Positions 20,364 through 30,580 are shown, counted from the stretch's first letter. The stretch is DNA of 64,000 nucleotides from Planctomycetota bacterium (GCA_965223545.1 OZ245006.1:1312001-1376000), one strand, 5' to 3'. Notes: generated by a model from the letters alone, not told the origin. Numbers and translations: made by a program.

Positions 20364-21539
20364 CTACCCCAGCGACTCGAATCGCGCGCACACCTCGTCG
20401 AGCACCGCGTCGGTCACCGCGAACTGGAAGCGCAGCTGACGCACGTCGGCCTCGTCGCGGTAGAACAGATGGCCGGGCACGCCGTTGACGCCGATGCGCT
20501 CGATCAGCGCCAACGCCGCCTCGGCCGGCGGCATGTCGCCGAGCACATCGCGGTAGTCGGCGAGCACGTAGTAGGCCCCCTGGGGTGGCCGCGCCCGGAA
20601 CCCACCGCGCTGCAATGCCGCACAGAAGCGGTCGCGCCGCGCCTGATAGCCCGCTTGCAGGTCGCTGTAGAACGTCGCCGGCAGCTCGCGCAACGCCCGC
20701 TCGACACCGCGCTGCAACGGCCGGGGCGCGCAGACATTGACCTGATCGAACACTCTCCCCGCCGCCTCGACGAACGCCGCCGGCCCGGCGAGGTAGCCGA
20801 TCCGCCACCCGGTGATCGAGAACGTCTTGCTGAAGCCACCGAGGGTGAGCGTGCGGTCGGTCAGCTCCGGCACCGCCGCAGGAGAGACGTGGGTGCGGCC
20901 GTCGAAGCACATGTACTCGTAGACCTCGTCGGTCAGCACCAGCACGTCGGTGTCCGCCAGCGCTGCCGCCAGCGCGCGCAGCTCGGCAGTGCTGAACACC
21001 TTGCCGGACGGATTCCCCGGCGTGTTGACGACGACGGCGCGGGTCCGCGGCGTGAGGACCGCGCGCAACGCGGCGGGGTCGAACTCGTAGTCCTCGCCGC
21101 GCAGCGCCACGTACACCGGCTCCGCGCCCAGCAGCCGCAGCTGGGTCTGGTGATAGGAGTAGAACGGCTCGAACAGCACGACCTCGTCGCCGGGCTCGAA
21201 CAGCGCCAGGCCGGCGGCGAAGAACGCACCCGAGGACCCGGTCGTCACCATCACCTGGGAGGGTTCGAGCTCGATGCCGTTGAACGCCGCCAGCTTGGCT
21301 CGGATCGCCGACCGCAGCTCGGGGATGCCGGCGTAGTGGGTGTAGGTCTGGCGGTCGCCGCCGTCGATCGACGCGACCGCACCGGCCCGCAGCGCGACGG
21401 GCGCATCGAGATCACAGACACCCTGACCGAGGTTGATCCCGCCGGGCACCTTGTTGATGACCTCGGTCAGCGAGCGCAGCGGGTTGTCGGCGTCGAGATG
21501 CGCACGGCGGCGCGCCAGGCGGGCGAACGGGGAGGACAT
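20364..21539 (-). CDS. PLP-dependent aminotransferase class I/II
   Basis: INLGQG, NTPGNPSG, TDEVY, GFSKTFSITGWRIG. Confidence 0.95.
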   Translation of the reverse strand: MSSPFARLARRRAHLDADNPLRSLTEVINKVPGGINLGQGVCDLDAPVALRAGAVASIDGGDRQTYTHYAGIPELRSAIRAKLAAFNGIELEPSQVMVTTGSSGAFFAAGLALFEPGDEVVLFEPFYSYHQTQLRLLGAEPVYVALRGEDYEFDPAALRAVLTPRTRAVVVNTPGNPSGKVFSTAELRALAAALADTDVLVLTDEVYEYMCFDGRTHVSPAAVPELTDRTLTLGGFSKTFSITGWRIGYLAGPAAFVEAAGRVFDQVNVCAPRPLQRGVERALRELPATFYSDLQAGYQARRDRFCAALQRGGFRARPPQGAYYVLADYRDVLGDMPPAEAALALIERIGVNGVPGHLFYRDEADVRQLRFQFAVTDAVLDEVCARFESLG

Positions 21540-21604
21540 TCTCCGGCGATGGTAGCGCCGGTCGCCCTCGCCGCACGCGGCACGCCGAGCTATCGTCGCC
21601 GGGC

Positions 21605-22516
21605 ATGCGCATCCTGGTCTCCGGCGCCAGCGGACTGGTCGGCACCGCGGCGGTGAAGGCGCTCACCGCCGACGGCCACAGCATCACTCGGTTGGTGCGC
21701 AACCAACCCAGTAACCCCGGCGAAGTGCGCTGGGATCCCGCCGCCGCGGTGCTGGAACCAAGCGACATCGACGGCCACGACGCGGTGCTGCACCTGGCCG
21801 GCGAGAACATTGCCACCGGCCGTTGGACCGCGGAGAAGAAGCGGCGGATCCGACAGAGCCGGGTCGACGGCACCGAGCTCTTGTGTGGCGCGCTGGCGGC
21901 CACCGAGCGCCCGCCCTCGGTCTTCATCGGTGCTTCGGCCATCGGCTACTACGGAGCCCAGCGCGGCGACGAGGTGCTGGTCGAGGACAGCCCCGCCGGC
22001 GACGACTTCCTCGCCGAGGTGTGCGCCGCGTGGGAGTCCGCGTCGGAGGCCTGTCCCGCGCAAGCCCGGCGCGTGATCCTCCGACTCGGAGTGGTGCTGT
22101 CCGCCGAGGGCGGCATGCTCGAGAAGCTGTTGCCGATCTTCCGCCTTGGCCTCGGCGGCCGGGTCGGCAGCGGCCGACAGTACTTCAGCTGGATCGCCAT
22201 CGACGACGTCGTCGGCGTGATCCGGCACGCGCTCGAGGACGGCGGCATGCACGGCGTGCACAACACAGTGAGCCCCGAACCGGTCACCAATGCCTCGTTC
22301 ACCCAGACCCTCGCCCGCGTGCTGCGCAGACCCGCTTGGTTGCCGGTGCCTGCGTTCGCCCTGCGCTTGGCGCTCGGCGAAATGGGCGAGGCGCTGCCGC
22401 TGTCCAGCAACCGCGTGCTGCCGCGCGCCCTGAGCGAACGCGGCTACCGCTTCGTCCACCCCCGACTCGAGCCCGCCCTGCACTCACTGCTGGGCGCGAA
22501 CCATGAGACCGCCTGA
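21605..22516 (+). CDS. TIGR01777/YfcH-like NAD(P)-binding epimerase family protein
   Basis: GASGLVG, HLAGENI, SRVDGT, SAIGYYG, GSGRQYFSWI. Confidence 0.93.
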   Translation: MRILVSGASGLVGTAAVKALTADGHSITRLVRNQPSNPGEVRWDPAAAVLEPSDIDGHDAVLHLAGENIATGRWTAEKKRRIRQSRVDGTELLCGALAATERPPSVFIGASAIGYYGAQRGDEVLVEDSPAGDDFLAEVCAAWESASEACPAQARRVILRLGVVLSAEGGMLEKLLPIFRLGLGGRVGSGRQYFSWIAIDDVVGVIRHALEDGGMHGVHNTVSPEPVTNASFTQTLARVLRRPAWLPVPAFALRLALGEMGEALPLSSNRVLPRALSERGYRFVHPRLEPALHSLLGANHETA

Positions 22517-23024
22517 AACAGATCCTGCAGACGCGCTGACCCGCTGCATCCACGCCGAGTTTCGGCGCCGGATGCTCGAGGAGTACGTGCCCCGCATCGA
22601 GGGTTGCGTCCGGCGGCTTTCCCAGGCCGAGGTCTGGCAACGCCCCAACGCCCACTGCAACAGCGTGGGCAACCTGCTGCTGCACCTCGAAGGCAATGTC
22701 CGGCAGTGGATCCTCGCCGGCCTCGACGGACGTCCCAATGGGCGGCGAAGAAACGCCGAGTTCGCCGCCACCGGCGACGACGCCGCTCCCGCGCCCGACG
22801 ACATGCTGGCGGCTCTCCGCGCGACGGTCACCGACGCCGTCGGTGTCGTCGAGCGTCTTGTGGCCTCCGACCTACTCCGCGTCCGGACCTATCAGGGCCA
22901 ATTCGAAGAGACCGGCGTCGGCGCGGTGCTGCACGTGATGGAGCACTTCGCCGGACACGCAGGACAGATCTACGACCGCACCAAGCAGCTCCGCGCGGTC
23001 GACCTGCGCCACTACGATCTGTGA
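22503..23024 (+). CDS. DinB/DUF1572 family protein
   Basis: NSVGNLLLHLEGNVRQW, EHFAGHAGQI. Confidence 0.88.
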   Translation: MRPPETDPADALTRCIHAEFRRRMLEEYVPRIEGCVRRLSQAEVWQRPNAHCNSVGNLLLHLEGNVRQWILAGLDGRPNGRRRNAEFAATGDDAAPAPDDMLAALRATVTDAVGVVERLVASDLLRVRTYQGQFEETGVGAVLHVMEHFAGHAGQIYDRTKQLRAVDLRHYDL

Positions 23025-23027
23025 TCG

Positions 23028-25211
23028 CTACGGCTGGGCGCCGGCCCGGTACACGACGCGGTGGATGCCCTTGTCCGTTCCCGAGAGGTAGTCGAATCGG
23101 CCATCTTCGTGGACGCGGCCGACCAGCGTGTCATGTGGTTTGCGTCCAAGGAGCAACGCGCTGCCACTGCGGCCCATCGACGGGCGGGTCAACGGTGGGT
23201 ATTCGGTGAGGCACGTGATCCCGTCCAACGACAGGCCATTGACCGGCGACAGAGGGTCTGTTGGACGACCGGCCGGCGTGAGGGTGCGCCACATCGCGAG
23301 GTGGACTCCCTGCGGGCACGCGCGCAGGTGACCGACCTCCTGCCGTTGGCCGATCGGGACGAAGTGCGCAACCTCTCCGTCGCGGTAGAACTCGAGCACG
23401 GGCAGCCGATTCTTGCGCGGCGTCCCGACCGAGACCGGCACGCCGTAGCGCACCCAGTAAAGACCCGGCTTGCCGTTCTCGGTCACGCGGTCTTCGGCAA
23501 GGTGAGGCGCGATCCTCAGCCGGTCCTTCGCTGAATCGGCGAGTCGAGCGAAGCGCTCGCCGTTCAAGTACATCCAAGCACCCTGCTCTTCCGCCTCCAG
23601 GTCCCGAGCGGCAAAGCCGACGACGCACGCGTAGTGGGACCCGTCTCGGCTGAACACGGGAGCGTCGATTTGCGTGGCTCCGTGCAACCGGTGGACGCCG
23701 TCGTTGCTGATCAAGCTCCAACTGAAGTCGGAAGTGGCCCGACCTCCTCCATCGGCGCCGTTGACGACCACGGCGAAGCGCCCGCTCTCGTGTGCCGCGA
23801 CGACGTTGACGCGGCCAAGGGCGACCTCCTCTTCCTTGCCGGGTCTGCAGAGGAAGACGCGCTTGCCGACCGTGGCGACGTAGGTCGGGGCCGTGTCGCC
23901 AGGAGTGAAACCGACGTGGCGCACGGTCTCGTACTCGTTGCCGATGCCCTCCGCGGTGGCTACGGCAAGCCCGCCACCGGTCTTCGTAACGAACGCGACT
24001 TGACCACCATTCGACACCACGGGAGCGTTGCCGGCACTCCAATCCAACGGAGCGTGCTCGAGTTCCACGCCCTGGTGCACGACTGCGAGCTCGTTGCGCC
24101 GCCCGTCCTCCGTCCGCCGCTGCCTCGGGTAGACGAAGTGTTGCCCATCAGGGCTGAACACGGGCAGCCCGTCACAACCATCCAGCGGCTCCATCCCCTC
24201 GACGAGGAGCCGGCCGCCGGTCGCCGTGACCTCGTGGATCACCAGGCGCCCATCCGGTGCCACGGCAATCAGGTCGCCCTGACCGGCCAGCTCGCCCTCG
24301 ACGTAGACGGCGTAGTTGGGCACACCACCCTCCCCGCGGCCATTGCGACCGCGCGCCACCCAGCGCTCGTCGGCCAAGAACAGCAACTCGCCCATCCACT
24401 CGGCCTGCACCACGACCTCGCCGTCGACGACGACGACGTGCTCCAACTCCCCGGTGCGCATGCCGAAGTAGCCGAACCGCTTGCCGGACGGCGAGAACGC
24501 GAGCGCCTCGGTCGGCGGTTGCGCCAGCTCGGGCCCCTCGCGCCCATCGATCACGACGACGTAGCGGTCGCCGCGCCGGCCGATGTAGGCCAACCGATGT
24601 CCGGTTGGCCCGAGGACGAGCCCCGGCATCTCCAGGATCTCGTCGAAAGTCGGCCCGGTACTGCCGCCGAACTCCACCGCCACGCGGCTGCCCACCGGTC
24701 GGGTGATGGCGGCACGCTGCAAGTCGTCGGACACCGCGACGTGAGTCCGCATTTCGTCCACGTCGGTCGTGAAGCTGCCCGGCCGATCGTGGACCTTCAT
24801 GCGCTTCGACCAGCGCCCTTTCCACTCGATCAGCGGGCTCACATCCAGCGGCTGGAGATCCGTGAGCTCGATCCCCGAGGCACTGGCGGGCTGCGCAGCG
24901 CCCGTCGCCCCCTGGTCGACCGCCGGCTCCGCGCGCGGGTCACCATCGGCGACGCGCGGATCGGCCGGGCGCTTGTAGGGTTGCTTCGAGGTCGGCGTCT
25001 CGGCAGCGGGCGGGGCCTTGCCGGCCGGCGACGTCTCCGCGGCAGGCGGCGTCTCCGCGGCCACGTCGAACAGCTCCCCAACCGTGCGCTTTGCGCTCTC
25101 CAGCCCTTCTTGGATGGCGCCACAGCCGGGCGCGGCGACCAGCAAGAAGACGGGAAGCAGGACCATGGCGGCAGCGAACGCCACAGTGCGATGGGCGGGT
25201 GGTTGGAGCAT
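23028..25211 (-). CDS. Hypothetical lipoprotein with TolB/WD40-like beta-propeller repeats
   Basis: Lipobox-like AAPGC, Pro/Ala linker, repeats FSPSGKRFGY, FSPDGQHFVY, FSRDGSHYA. Start uncertain. Confidence 0.7.
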   Translation of the reverse strand: MLQPPAHRTVAFAAAMVLLPVFLLVAAPGCGAIQEGLESAKRTVGELFDVAAETPPAAETSPAGKAPPAAETPTSKQPYKRPADPRVADGDPRAEPAVDQGATGAAQPASASGIELTDLQPLDVSPLIEWKGRWSKRMKVHDRPGSFTTDVDEMRTHVAVSDDLQRAAITRPVGSRVAVEFGGSTGPTFDEILEMPGLVLGPTGHRLAYIGRRGDRYVVVIDGREGPELAQPPTEALAFSPSGKRFGYFGMRTGELEHVVVVDGEVVVQAEWMGELLFLADERWVARGRNGRGEGGVPNYAVYVEGELAGQGDLIAVAPDGRLVIHEVTATGGRLLVEGMEPLDGCDGLPVFSPDGQHFVYPRQRRTEDGRRNELAVVHQGVELEHAPLDWSAGNAPVVSNGGQVAFVTKTGGGLAVATAEGIGNEYETVRHVGFTPGDTAPTYVATVGKRVFLCRPGKEEEVALGRVNVVAAHESGRFAVVVNGADGGGRATSDFSWSLISNDGVHRLHGATQIDAPVFSRDGSHYACVVGFAARDLEAEEQGAWMYLNGERFARLADSAKDRLRIAPHLAEDRVTENGKPGLYWVRYGVPVSVGTPRKNRLPVLEFYRDGEVAHFVPIGQRQEVGHLRACPQGVHLAMWRTLTPAGRPTDPLSPVNGLSLDGITCLTEYPPLTRPSMGRSGSALLLGRKPHDTLVGRVHEDGRFDYLSGTDKGIHRVVYRAGAQP

Positions 25212-25402
25212 GGGAGACCTCGATGGACGGTCGACGACGACGGGGTCGCCGCCCCGCGCTCGCGGGGCGGACACCGGCCTGACCGACCAGGCGTTCGTCA
25301 TACCATGCGTAGGGGGCCCCCCGCTACCGCACCGATTTTCGCGGCAACGCCAGTCTCTCCCCAACCGCCCACCACAAGGCGGGCTCGCGGCAGGCGTGGC
25401 GG

Positions 25403-26353
25403 TCAGTGGTCGCGCAGCGACTCCTTGAGTTGCTCCAGTCCCTGCTCCAAACGACTGAGGTAGCGGTCGAGCCGGCGGTCGCCGGCCATGCGCTCCTTGA
25501 GCTCGCGCATCAGCCGTTCGTAGAGAGCCACGTCGCTCTCGGCCACTGCGTGGGCAAACAGATACTGCCAGAACGACGTGACCTGCGAGCTGGTCGGCAC
25601 GCGACCGGCATCGAGCATCGCCAAGAACTTCGCGCCGCCAGCGGCCATCTCGGTGCGCTTCGTGGAGCGGAGGATGTCGCGAAACTCGAGATTCACCAAC
25701 ATCGGTTGCAGGGGGCGCAGCTCCTCGTCGTCGAGCGAGAAGCGCTGCAGCGCCGCCTGCGCTTCGGCAAACGTGATGTAGCCCTCGCGCAGCTCCAGGG
25801 CGAAGAGCTCACGGGCGGCGGCGCCCGCCGGATCATCGATCGCCGCCTTGCGGCGCTGGTAGTCGTGCAGCTTGACGTAGGCCTGCTCGAGCTGGTCCAT
25901 GGTGACGACGTGGCCGACCTGCACGAGGAGGCGGCCGTCGGCACCGAGGAACGAGACCGTCGGGAAGCCGTTGCCACCCTTCTCGAACAGCAGGTCGGGA
26001 TACGGTTCGTCGTCACAATGCGACGTGTTGTGCAAGAACAGCACCACCTTCTTGGACCACTGCGCGAAGTCGTCGGTCGAGAGCGCACGGCTCTCGAGGG
26101 CGTCACACGGGCCTCAAGGTGCGTAGCTGCGCGTGAAGTAGGTCAGGATCAGCTTGCCGTCCGCCTCCGCCTCGCGGCGCGCGGCATCGTAGTCGAGCCG
26201 CCACGCGGCATTCTTGAACACTGGCTTGGCGAGCTTCTCGGACCGCTGCGCGCGCAGCCGCTCCTGATCGCCACCCGCTTGGGCACACGCCAGCCCACTG
26301 AGCAGCACCGCACCGACCGCGGTCCAACCGGTCACACCGATGAGTCGAGACAA
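25403..26353 (-). CDS. Exported thioredoxin-fold selenoprotein (UGPC motif; Sec UGA at 26114-26116)
   Basis: AAGGAGG RBS then TTG at 26353; signal ...LACA-Q; W-x-x-D-Y-D-A-A...GKLILTYFTRSYAP-[TGA]-GPC continues in frame (66 nt to the next track ORF); GFPTVSFL cis-Pro loop; helical C-terminus. Confidence 0.85.
26077..26097 (-). promoter_or_regulatory. Putative bacterial SECIS hairpin
   Basis: Perfect 8-bp stem UCGAGAGC/GCUCUCGA with loop CGUGC, beginning after a 16-nt spacer 3' of the UGA. Confidence 0.7.
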
Positions 26354-26480
26354 AGGCACCTCCTTGGAATGCGCTTGTGATACGACAAACCCGACCGGGG
26401 TTCGCATTCCGCCGTTTTTTGCCGTCCTGCGTGCTGGCGTCACCGTTGCGCGCCGCCATCCGGCCCGTCACACTGCGGCG

Positions 26481-27440
26481 ATGAGTGCCGCACCCTCCAT
26501 CGAGGCCGTCGAGACCCTCCTCGACCGCCCCCTGCTGGATCTTGTCTACGAGGCCGCAACGGTGCACCGGACCCACCACGCCCCGGGCGCGGTGCAGTGT
26601 GCCCAGCTCGCCAGCATCAAGACCGGGGGTTGCCCCGAGGACTGTGGCTACTGCTCGCAGAGCGCGCGTTTCGACACCCCGATCGAGGCCCACGCGCTGC
26701 TGCCCGCGAGCGAAGTGCTGGCGCGCGCCCAGGCCGCCGCCGCCGGCGGCGCCGACCGGTTTTGCATGGGCGCTGCCTGGCGCGCGGCGCCGGAGGGGGC
26801 GCGTTTCGAGTCGGTCCTGCAGATGGTGCGCGAGGTCAAGGCGCTCGGTCTGGAGACCTGCGCGACGCTCGGCATGCTGACGAAAGGGCAGGCGGAACGG
26901 CTGCGCGAGGCCGGCCTCGACTACTACAACCACAACCTCGACACCGGCCGCAGCCACTACGGGCACGTCGTCACCACGCGTACCTACGACGATCGCCTGC
27001 AGACGCTGGCGCACGCGCGGGAGGCCGGCCTGAAGCTCTGCTGTGGTGGCATTCTCGGCCTCGGCGAGGACCGCCGGGCGCGCGCCGAGCTGCTCGTCGA
27101 GCTGGCAGCGATGGCGCCGCCGCCCGAGTCCGTGCCGATCAACACGCTGGTCCCGGTCGAGGGCACGCCGATGCAGCATCACGAGCCCGTCGATTGGAGT
27201 GAGGTGCTGCGCACGGTCGCCGCGGCGCGCATCGTGCTGCCGGCAAGCGCGCTCCGGCTCAGCGCCGGGCGCCGCGAGCTCGGCGAGGCCGGCCAGGCTC
27301 TCTGCTTCCTGGCGGGCGCGAACTCCATCTTCACCGGAGACGTCCTGCTCACCGCGGCCAACGCGACGCCGGACGCCGACGCCACCCTGCTGGCCAAGCT
27401 CGGTCTCCATCGCTCGGCGCACGCGACGGCGGCGCGATGA
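26481..27440 (+). CDS. bioB: Biotin synthase
   Basis: SIKTGGCPEDCGYCSQS radical-SAM motif, YNHNLDT, PESVPIN. Confidence 0.97.
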   Translation: MSAAPSIEAVETLLDRPLLDLVYEAATVHRTHHAPGAVQCAQLASIKTGGCPEDCGYCSQSARFDTPIEAHALLPASEVLARAQAAAAGGADRFCMGAAWRAAPEGARFESVLQMVREVKALGLETCATLGMLTKGQAERLREAGLDYYNHNLDTGRSHYGHVVTTRTYDDRLQTLAHAREAGLKLCCGGILGLGEDRRARAELLVELAAMAPPPESVPINTLVPVEGTPMQHHEPVDWSEVLRTVAAARIVLPASALRLSAGRRELGEAGQALCFLAGANSIFTGDVLLTAANATPDADATLLAKLGLHRSAHATAAR

Positions 27441-30400
27441 CTCCGCCGGACGCCGCGGCACGCCGCCGCGCCCTGTGGCAGGGCGAGCTGGACGACCTGC
27501 GCGCGCAGGACCGACTGCGCGCGTTGCCGGGTCGGCCGGCCGGCATCGATTTCGTTTCCAACGACTACCTCGGGCTGCGGCACCACCCCGCGTTGCGGCG
27601 CGCGGCGCACACCGCCATCACCCGCGATGGCTGCGGCGCCGGCGCAGCGCGCCTGCTCGGTGGCGCGGCGGAGGCCAGCCTCGCCCTCGAGCACCGCGTC
27701 GCCGCCTGGCTGGGCACGCCCGCCGCCTTGCTGTTCCCGTCGGGCTATCAAGCCAACTTGGGCGTGATCACCGCGCTGGCCGATCGCGAGGACGTCATCC
27801 TCAGCGACGCCTTGATCCACGCGTCCTCGATCGATGCCTGCCGGCAGACGCGCGCCACGGTCCGCGTGTTCGCCCATGCGGACCTGGAGGCTTTGGACGC
27901 CGCGCTGACGGCCGGACGCGACGCCCGCCGCCGGTTGGTCCTGACCGAGGGCGTGTTCGGCATGGACGGCGACGTGCCACGCTTGCGCGAGATGCACGCA
28001 CTGTGCGCGGCGCACGACGCCTGGCTGATCGTCGACGAGGCGCACTCCGCCGGCCTGCTCGGTCCGCGCGGGCGCGGCGCGTGGGCAGCGCACGGCGGCC
28101 GGGACGACCGCGCGCTGGCAGCCCGTGTCGTCACCTTCGGCAAGGCGCTCGGCAGCGCGGGCGCAGCGGTGGCGGGCGATGCCGAGCTGTGCGCACTGCT
28201 CGCCCAACGGGCACGCAGCTTCGTGTTCAGCACGGCGCCGGCGCCGGCGGTCATTGCCGCTGCCGGCGCAGCCATCGAGCTCGTCCAGCAAAGCTCGGCC
28301 GAGCGCGACCGCGCACTGCAGCTGGCGCGGCGGTTGGCACACGGGCTCGACCTGCAGCCGCCGGATGCGGCAATCGTGCCACTTCCGGTCGGCGACGACG
28401 CTCGCGCGGTGCAGCTGGCGACCACGCTGCAACAACGCGGTTTCGACGTCCGCGCCGTCCGGCCGCCAACCGTGCCCCCTGGCACGGCACGGCTCCGGCT
28501 GGTGTGCCACGCCACCAACACCGAAGCGCAAGTCGATGCGCTGGTCGAGGTGATCACCGCGCCGGCTGCACGCACGGAGCGGAGTCGCCGCGCCGGCGGA
28601 GGGGGACGGGGTGATGAACGGGAGCCTGGCTCCGTACGTTCGTGTCAGGTGTTTGTCGCGGGGACGGACACCGGGATCGGCAAGACGGTGGTCGCCGCCG
28701 CGCTCGTACGTTCGCTGGGTGGAGGGAGTGGAGGTGCGGTGCGCTACTACAAGCCGGTGCAGACTGGTGAGGACGACGACACGGGGACGGTGCGCGCGCT
28801 CACCGGCGACGCCGCGGCCACCGCGGCGCCGCCGCTGCACGAGTTGCCGCTGCCCGCTTCGCCGCACGAGGCGGCGCGGGACGCAGGCGTGCAGATCGAT
28901 CTCGGTTCGGTGCGCGATTCGCTGCACCGGCTGCAGGCGGCGGGGCCCGCCGGTGCGGACTGGGTCGTCGAGCTGGCCGGCGGCTTGATGGTGCCGTATG
29001 GCGACGGCTCGCTGCAGATCGACTGGCTCGCCGAAGCCGCGGCCGGCGGCGCCCGGGTGGTCCTGGTCGCGCGCTCGGGACTCGGCACCCTCAACCACAG
29101 CTTGCTGTCGCTGCAGGCGCTGCGCGCGCGCGGCGTGACGCCCACGGCGCTGGTGCTGGTCGGCGCGCCCCACGATAGCAACCGCGCCACCCTCGCCGCG
29201 CTCGCGGCCCCGGTGCCGGTCGTCGAGCTGCCTGTTCTCGAGCCCTTGACCGCAGAGACTCTCGCGCAGTGGGCCGCGACCCACGACTGGCCCGCGCTGC
29301 TGCGCGCGACCGAACCCGTTGCGGAAGAGGACTGGGCCGTGCGTGGCCATCGCTGCCTGTGGCATCCCTACACCCAGCACGGCACCGACGACACTCCGCT
29401 GCCCGTCGTCGAAGCCAGCGGCTCGTGGCTGACCTTGGCCGACGGCCGCCGCATCCTCGACGGGATCTCGTCGTGGTGGACCTCACTGCACGGCCACGGC
29501 CGTGCCGAGATCCTCGACGCGGTCCGCACCCAGGGTGCGCGCCTCGACCACGTGCTGTTCGCCGGCGCCACCCACCGGCCGGCAGTCGAGCTCGCCGAGC
29601 GGCTGCTCGCCCTGGCACCGCCCGGTCTGGCCCGCGTGTTCTACAGTGACGACGGCTCCACCGCGGTGGAGGTCGCGTTGAAGATCGTGCGCCAGGCGTG
29701 GGTGCAGCGCGGCGAGCCCCAGCGCCGGGTCCTCGTCGCCCTCGATGGCGGCTACCACGGCGACACCCTCGGCGCGATGGCGGTCGGCGACCCCGAGCCG
29801 TTCTTCGCCGCCTACCGGCCGTGGCTGTTCGAGGTCGAACGCGTGCCCGCCGAGGCCGAGGCCATCGCCGGTGCGTTGCAGCGGTTGGGAGAGCGCGCCG
29901 CCGGGGTGATCGCCGAGCCCCTGGTGCAGGGGGCGGCCGGAATGCGCATGCACGGACCCGAGCTGCTGCAAACGATCCGTGCCGTGTGCGATCGCCACGA
30001 CGTGCCGTGGATCGCCGACGAAGTGATGACGGGCTTCGGCCGCACGGGCGCCGTGTTCGCCTGCAGCCACGCGGGCGTCCGCCCCGACCTGATGTGCGTC
30101 GCGAAGGGGCTGACCGGCGGCGTGCTGCCGCTCGCCGCGACGCTGGTCGCCGAGCCGTGGTTCGAGGCGTTCCTCGCCCCCGACAAGGGCCGCATGTTCT
30201 TTCACGGCCACTCCTTTACCGCCAACCCATTGGGCTGCGCCGCCGCCCTGGCCTCGCTGGACTTGATCGAGCGCGAAGCGACGCCGCTGCGGCTGGACGG
30301 GCTCGGCCAACGCATCGAGACCGAGCTGCGGCGCCGGCTTCCCAACCCGGCGGCGCTCGGTCTTCGCCGCTGCGGCGGCATCGTCGCGCTCGACGTTCAG

Positions 30401-30580
30401 CGAGACGGTGGCTACCTCGACGACATCGCAGGAACGCTGCGGGCGGCGGCAGTCGAACGCGGCTGTCTGCTGCGCCCGCTGGGACCGGTGGTCTACGCGA
30501 TGCCCCCCGCCTCGACGACCGAGGCCGAGGCCGACCGGATCGCCGACGTCATGGCGAGCCTGGCCGAGGGTGCTGGTTGA
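27437..30580 (+). CDS. Trifunctional BioF-BioD-BioA fusion (AON synthase / dethiobiotin synthetase / DAPA aminotransferase)
   Basis: BioF: FVSNDYLGL, DEAH, TFGKALG. BioD: GTDTGIGKT, YKPVQTG, ELAGG, LGTLNH. BioA: WHPYTQ, DGISSWW, DEVMTGFGRTG, AKGLTGG. Confidence 0.92.
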   Translation: MTPPDAAARRRALWQGELDDLRAQDRLRALPGRPAGIDFVSNDYLGLRHHPALRRAAHTAITRDGCGAGAARLLGGAAEASLALEHRVAAWLGTPAALLFPSGYQANLGVITALADREDVILSDALIHASSIDACRQTRATVRVFAHADLEALDAALTAGRDARRRLVLTEGVFGMDGDVPRLREMHALCAAHDAWLIVDEAHSAGLLGPRGRGAWAAHGGRDDRALAARVVTFGKALGSAGAAVAGDAELCALLAQRARSFVFSTAPAPAVIAAAGAAIELVQQSSAERDRALQLARRLAHGLDLQPPDAAIVPLPVGDDARAVQLATTLQQRGFDVRAVRPPTVPPGTARLRLVCHATNTEAQVDALVEVITAPAARTERSRRAGGGGRGDEREPGSVRSCQVFVAGTDTGIGKTVVAAALVRSLGGGSGGAVRYYKPVQTGEDDDTGTVRALTGDAAATAAPPLHELPLPASPHEAARDAGVQIDLGSVRDSLHRLQAAGPAGADWVVELAGGLMVPYGDGSLQIDWLAEAAAGGARVVLVARSGLGTLNHSLLSLQALRARGVTPTALVLVGAPHDSNRATLAALAAPVPVVELPVLEPLTAETLAQWAATHDWPALLRATEPVAEEDWAVRGHRCLWHPYTQHGTDDTPLPVVEASGSWLTLADGRRILDGISSWWTSLHGHGRAEILDAVRTQGARLDHVLFAGATHRPAVELAERLLALAPPGLARVFYSDDGSTAVEVALKIVRQAWVQRGEPQRRVLVALDGGYHGDTLGAMAVGDPEPFFAAYRPWLFEVERVPAEAEAIAGALQRLGERAAGVIAEPLVQGAAGMRMHGPELLQTIRAVCDRHDVPWIADEVMTGFGRTGAVFACSHAGVRPDLMCVAKGLTGGVLPLAATLVAEPWFEAFLAPDKGRMFFHGHSFTANPLGCAAALASLDLIEREATPLRLDGLGQRIETELRRRLPNPAALGLRRCGGIVALDVQRDGGYLDDIAGTLRAAAVERGCLLRPLGPVVYAMPPASTTEAEADRIADVMASLAEGAG

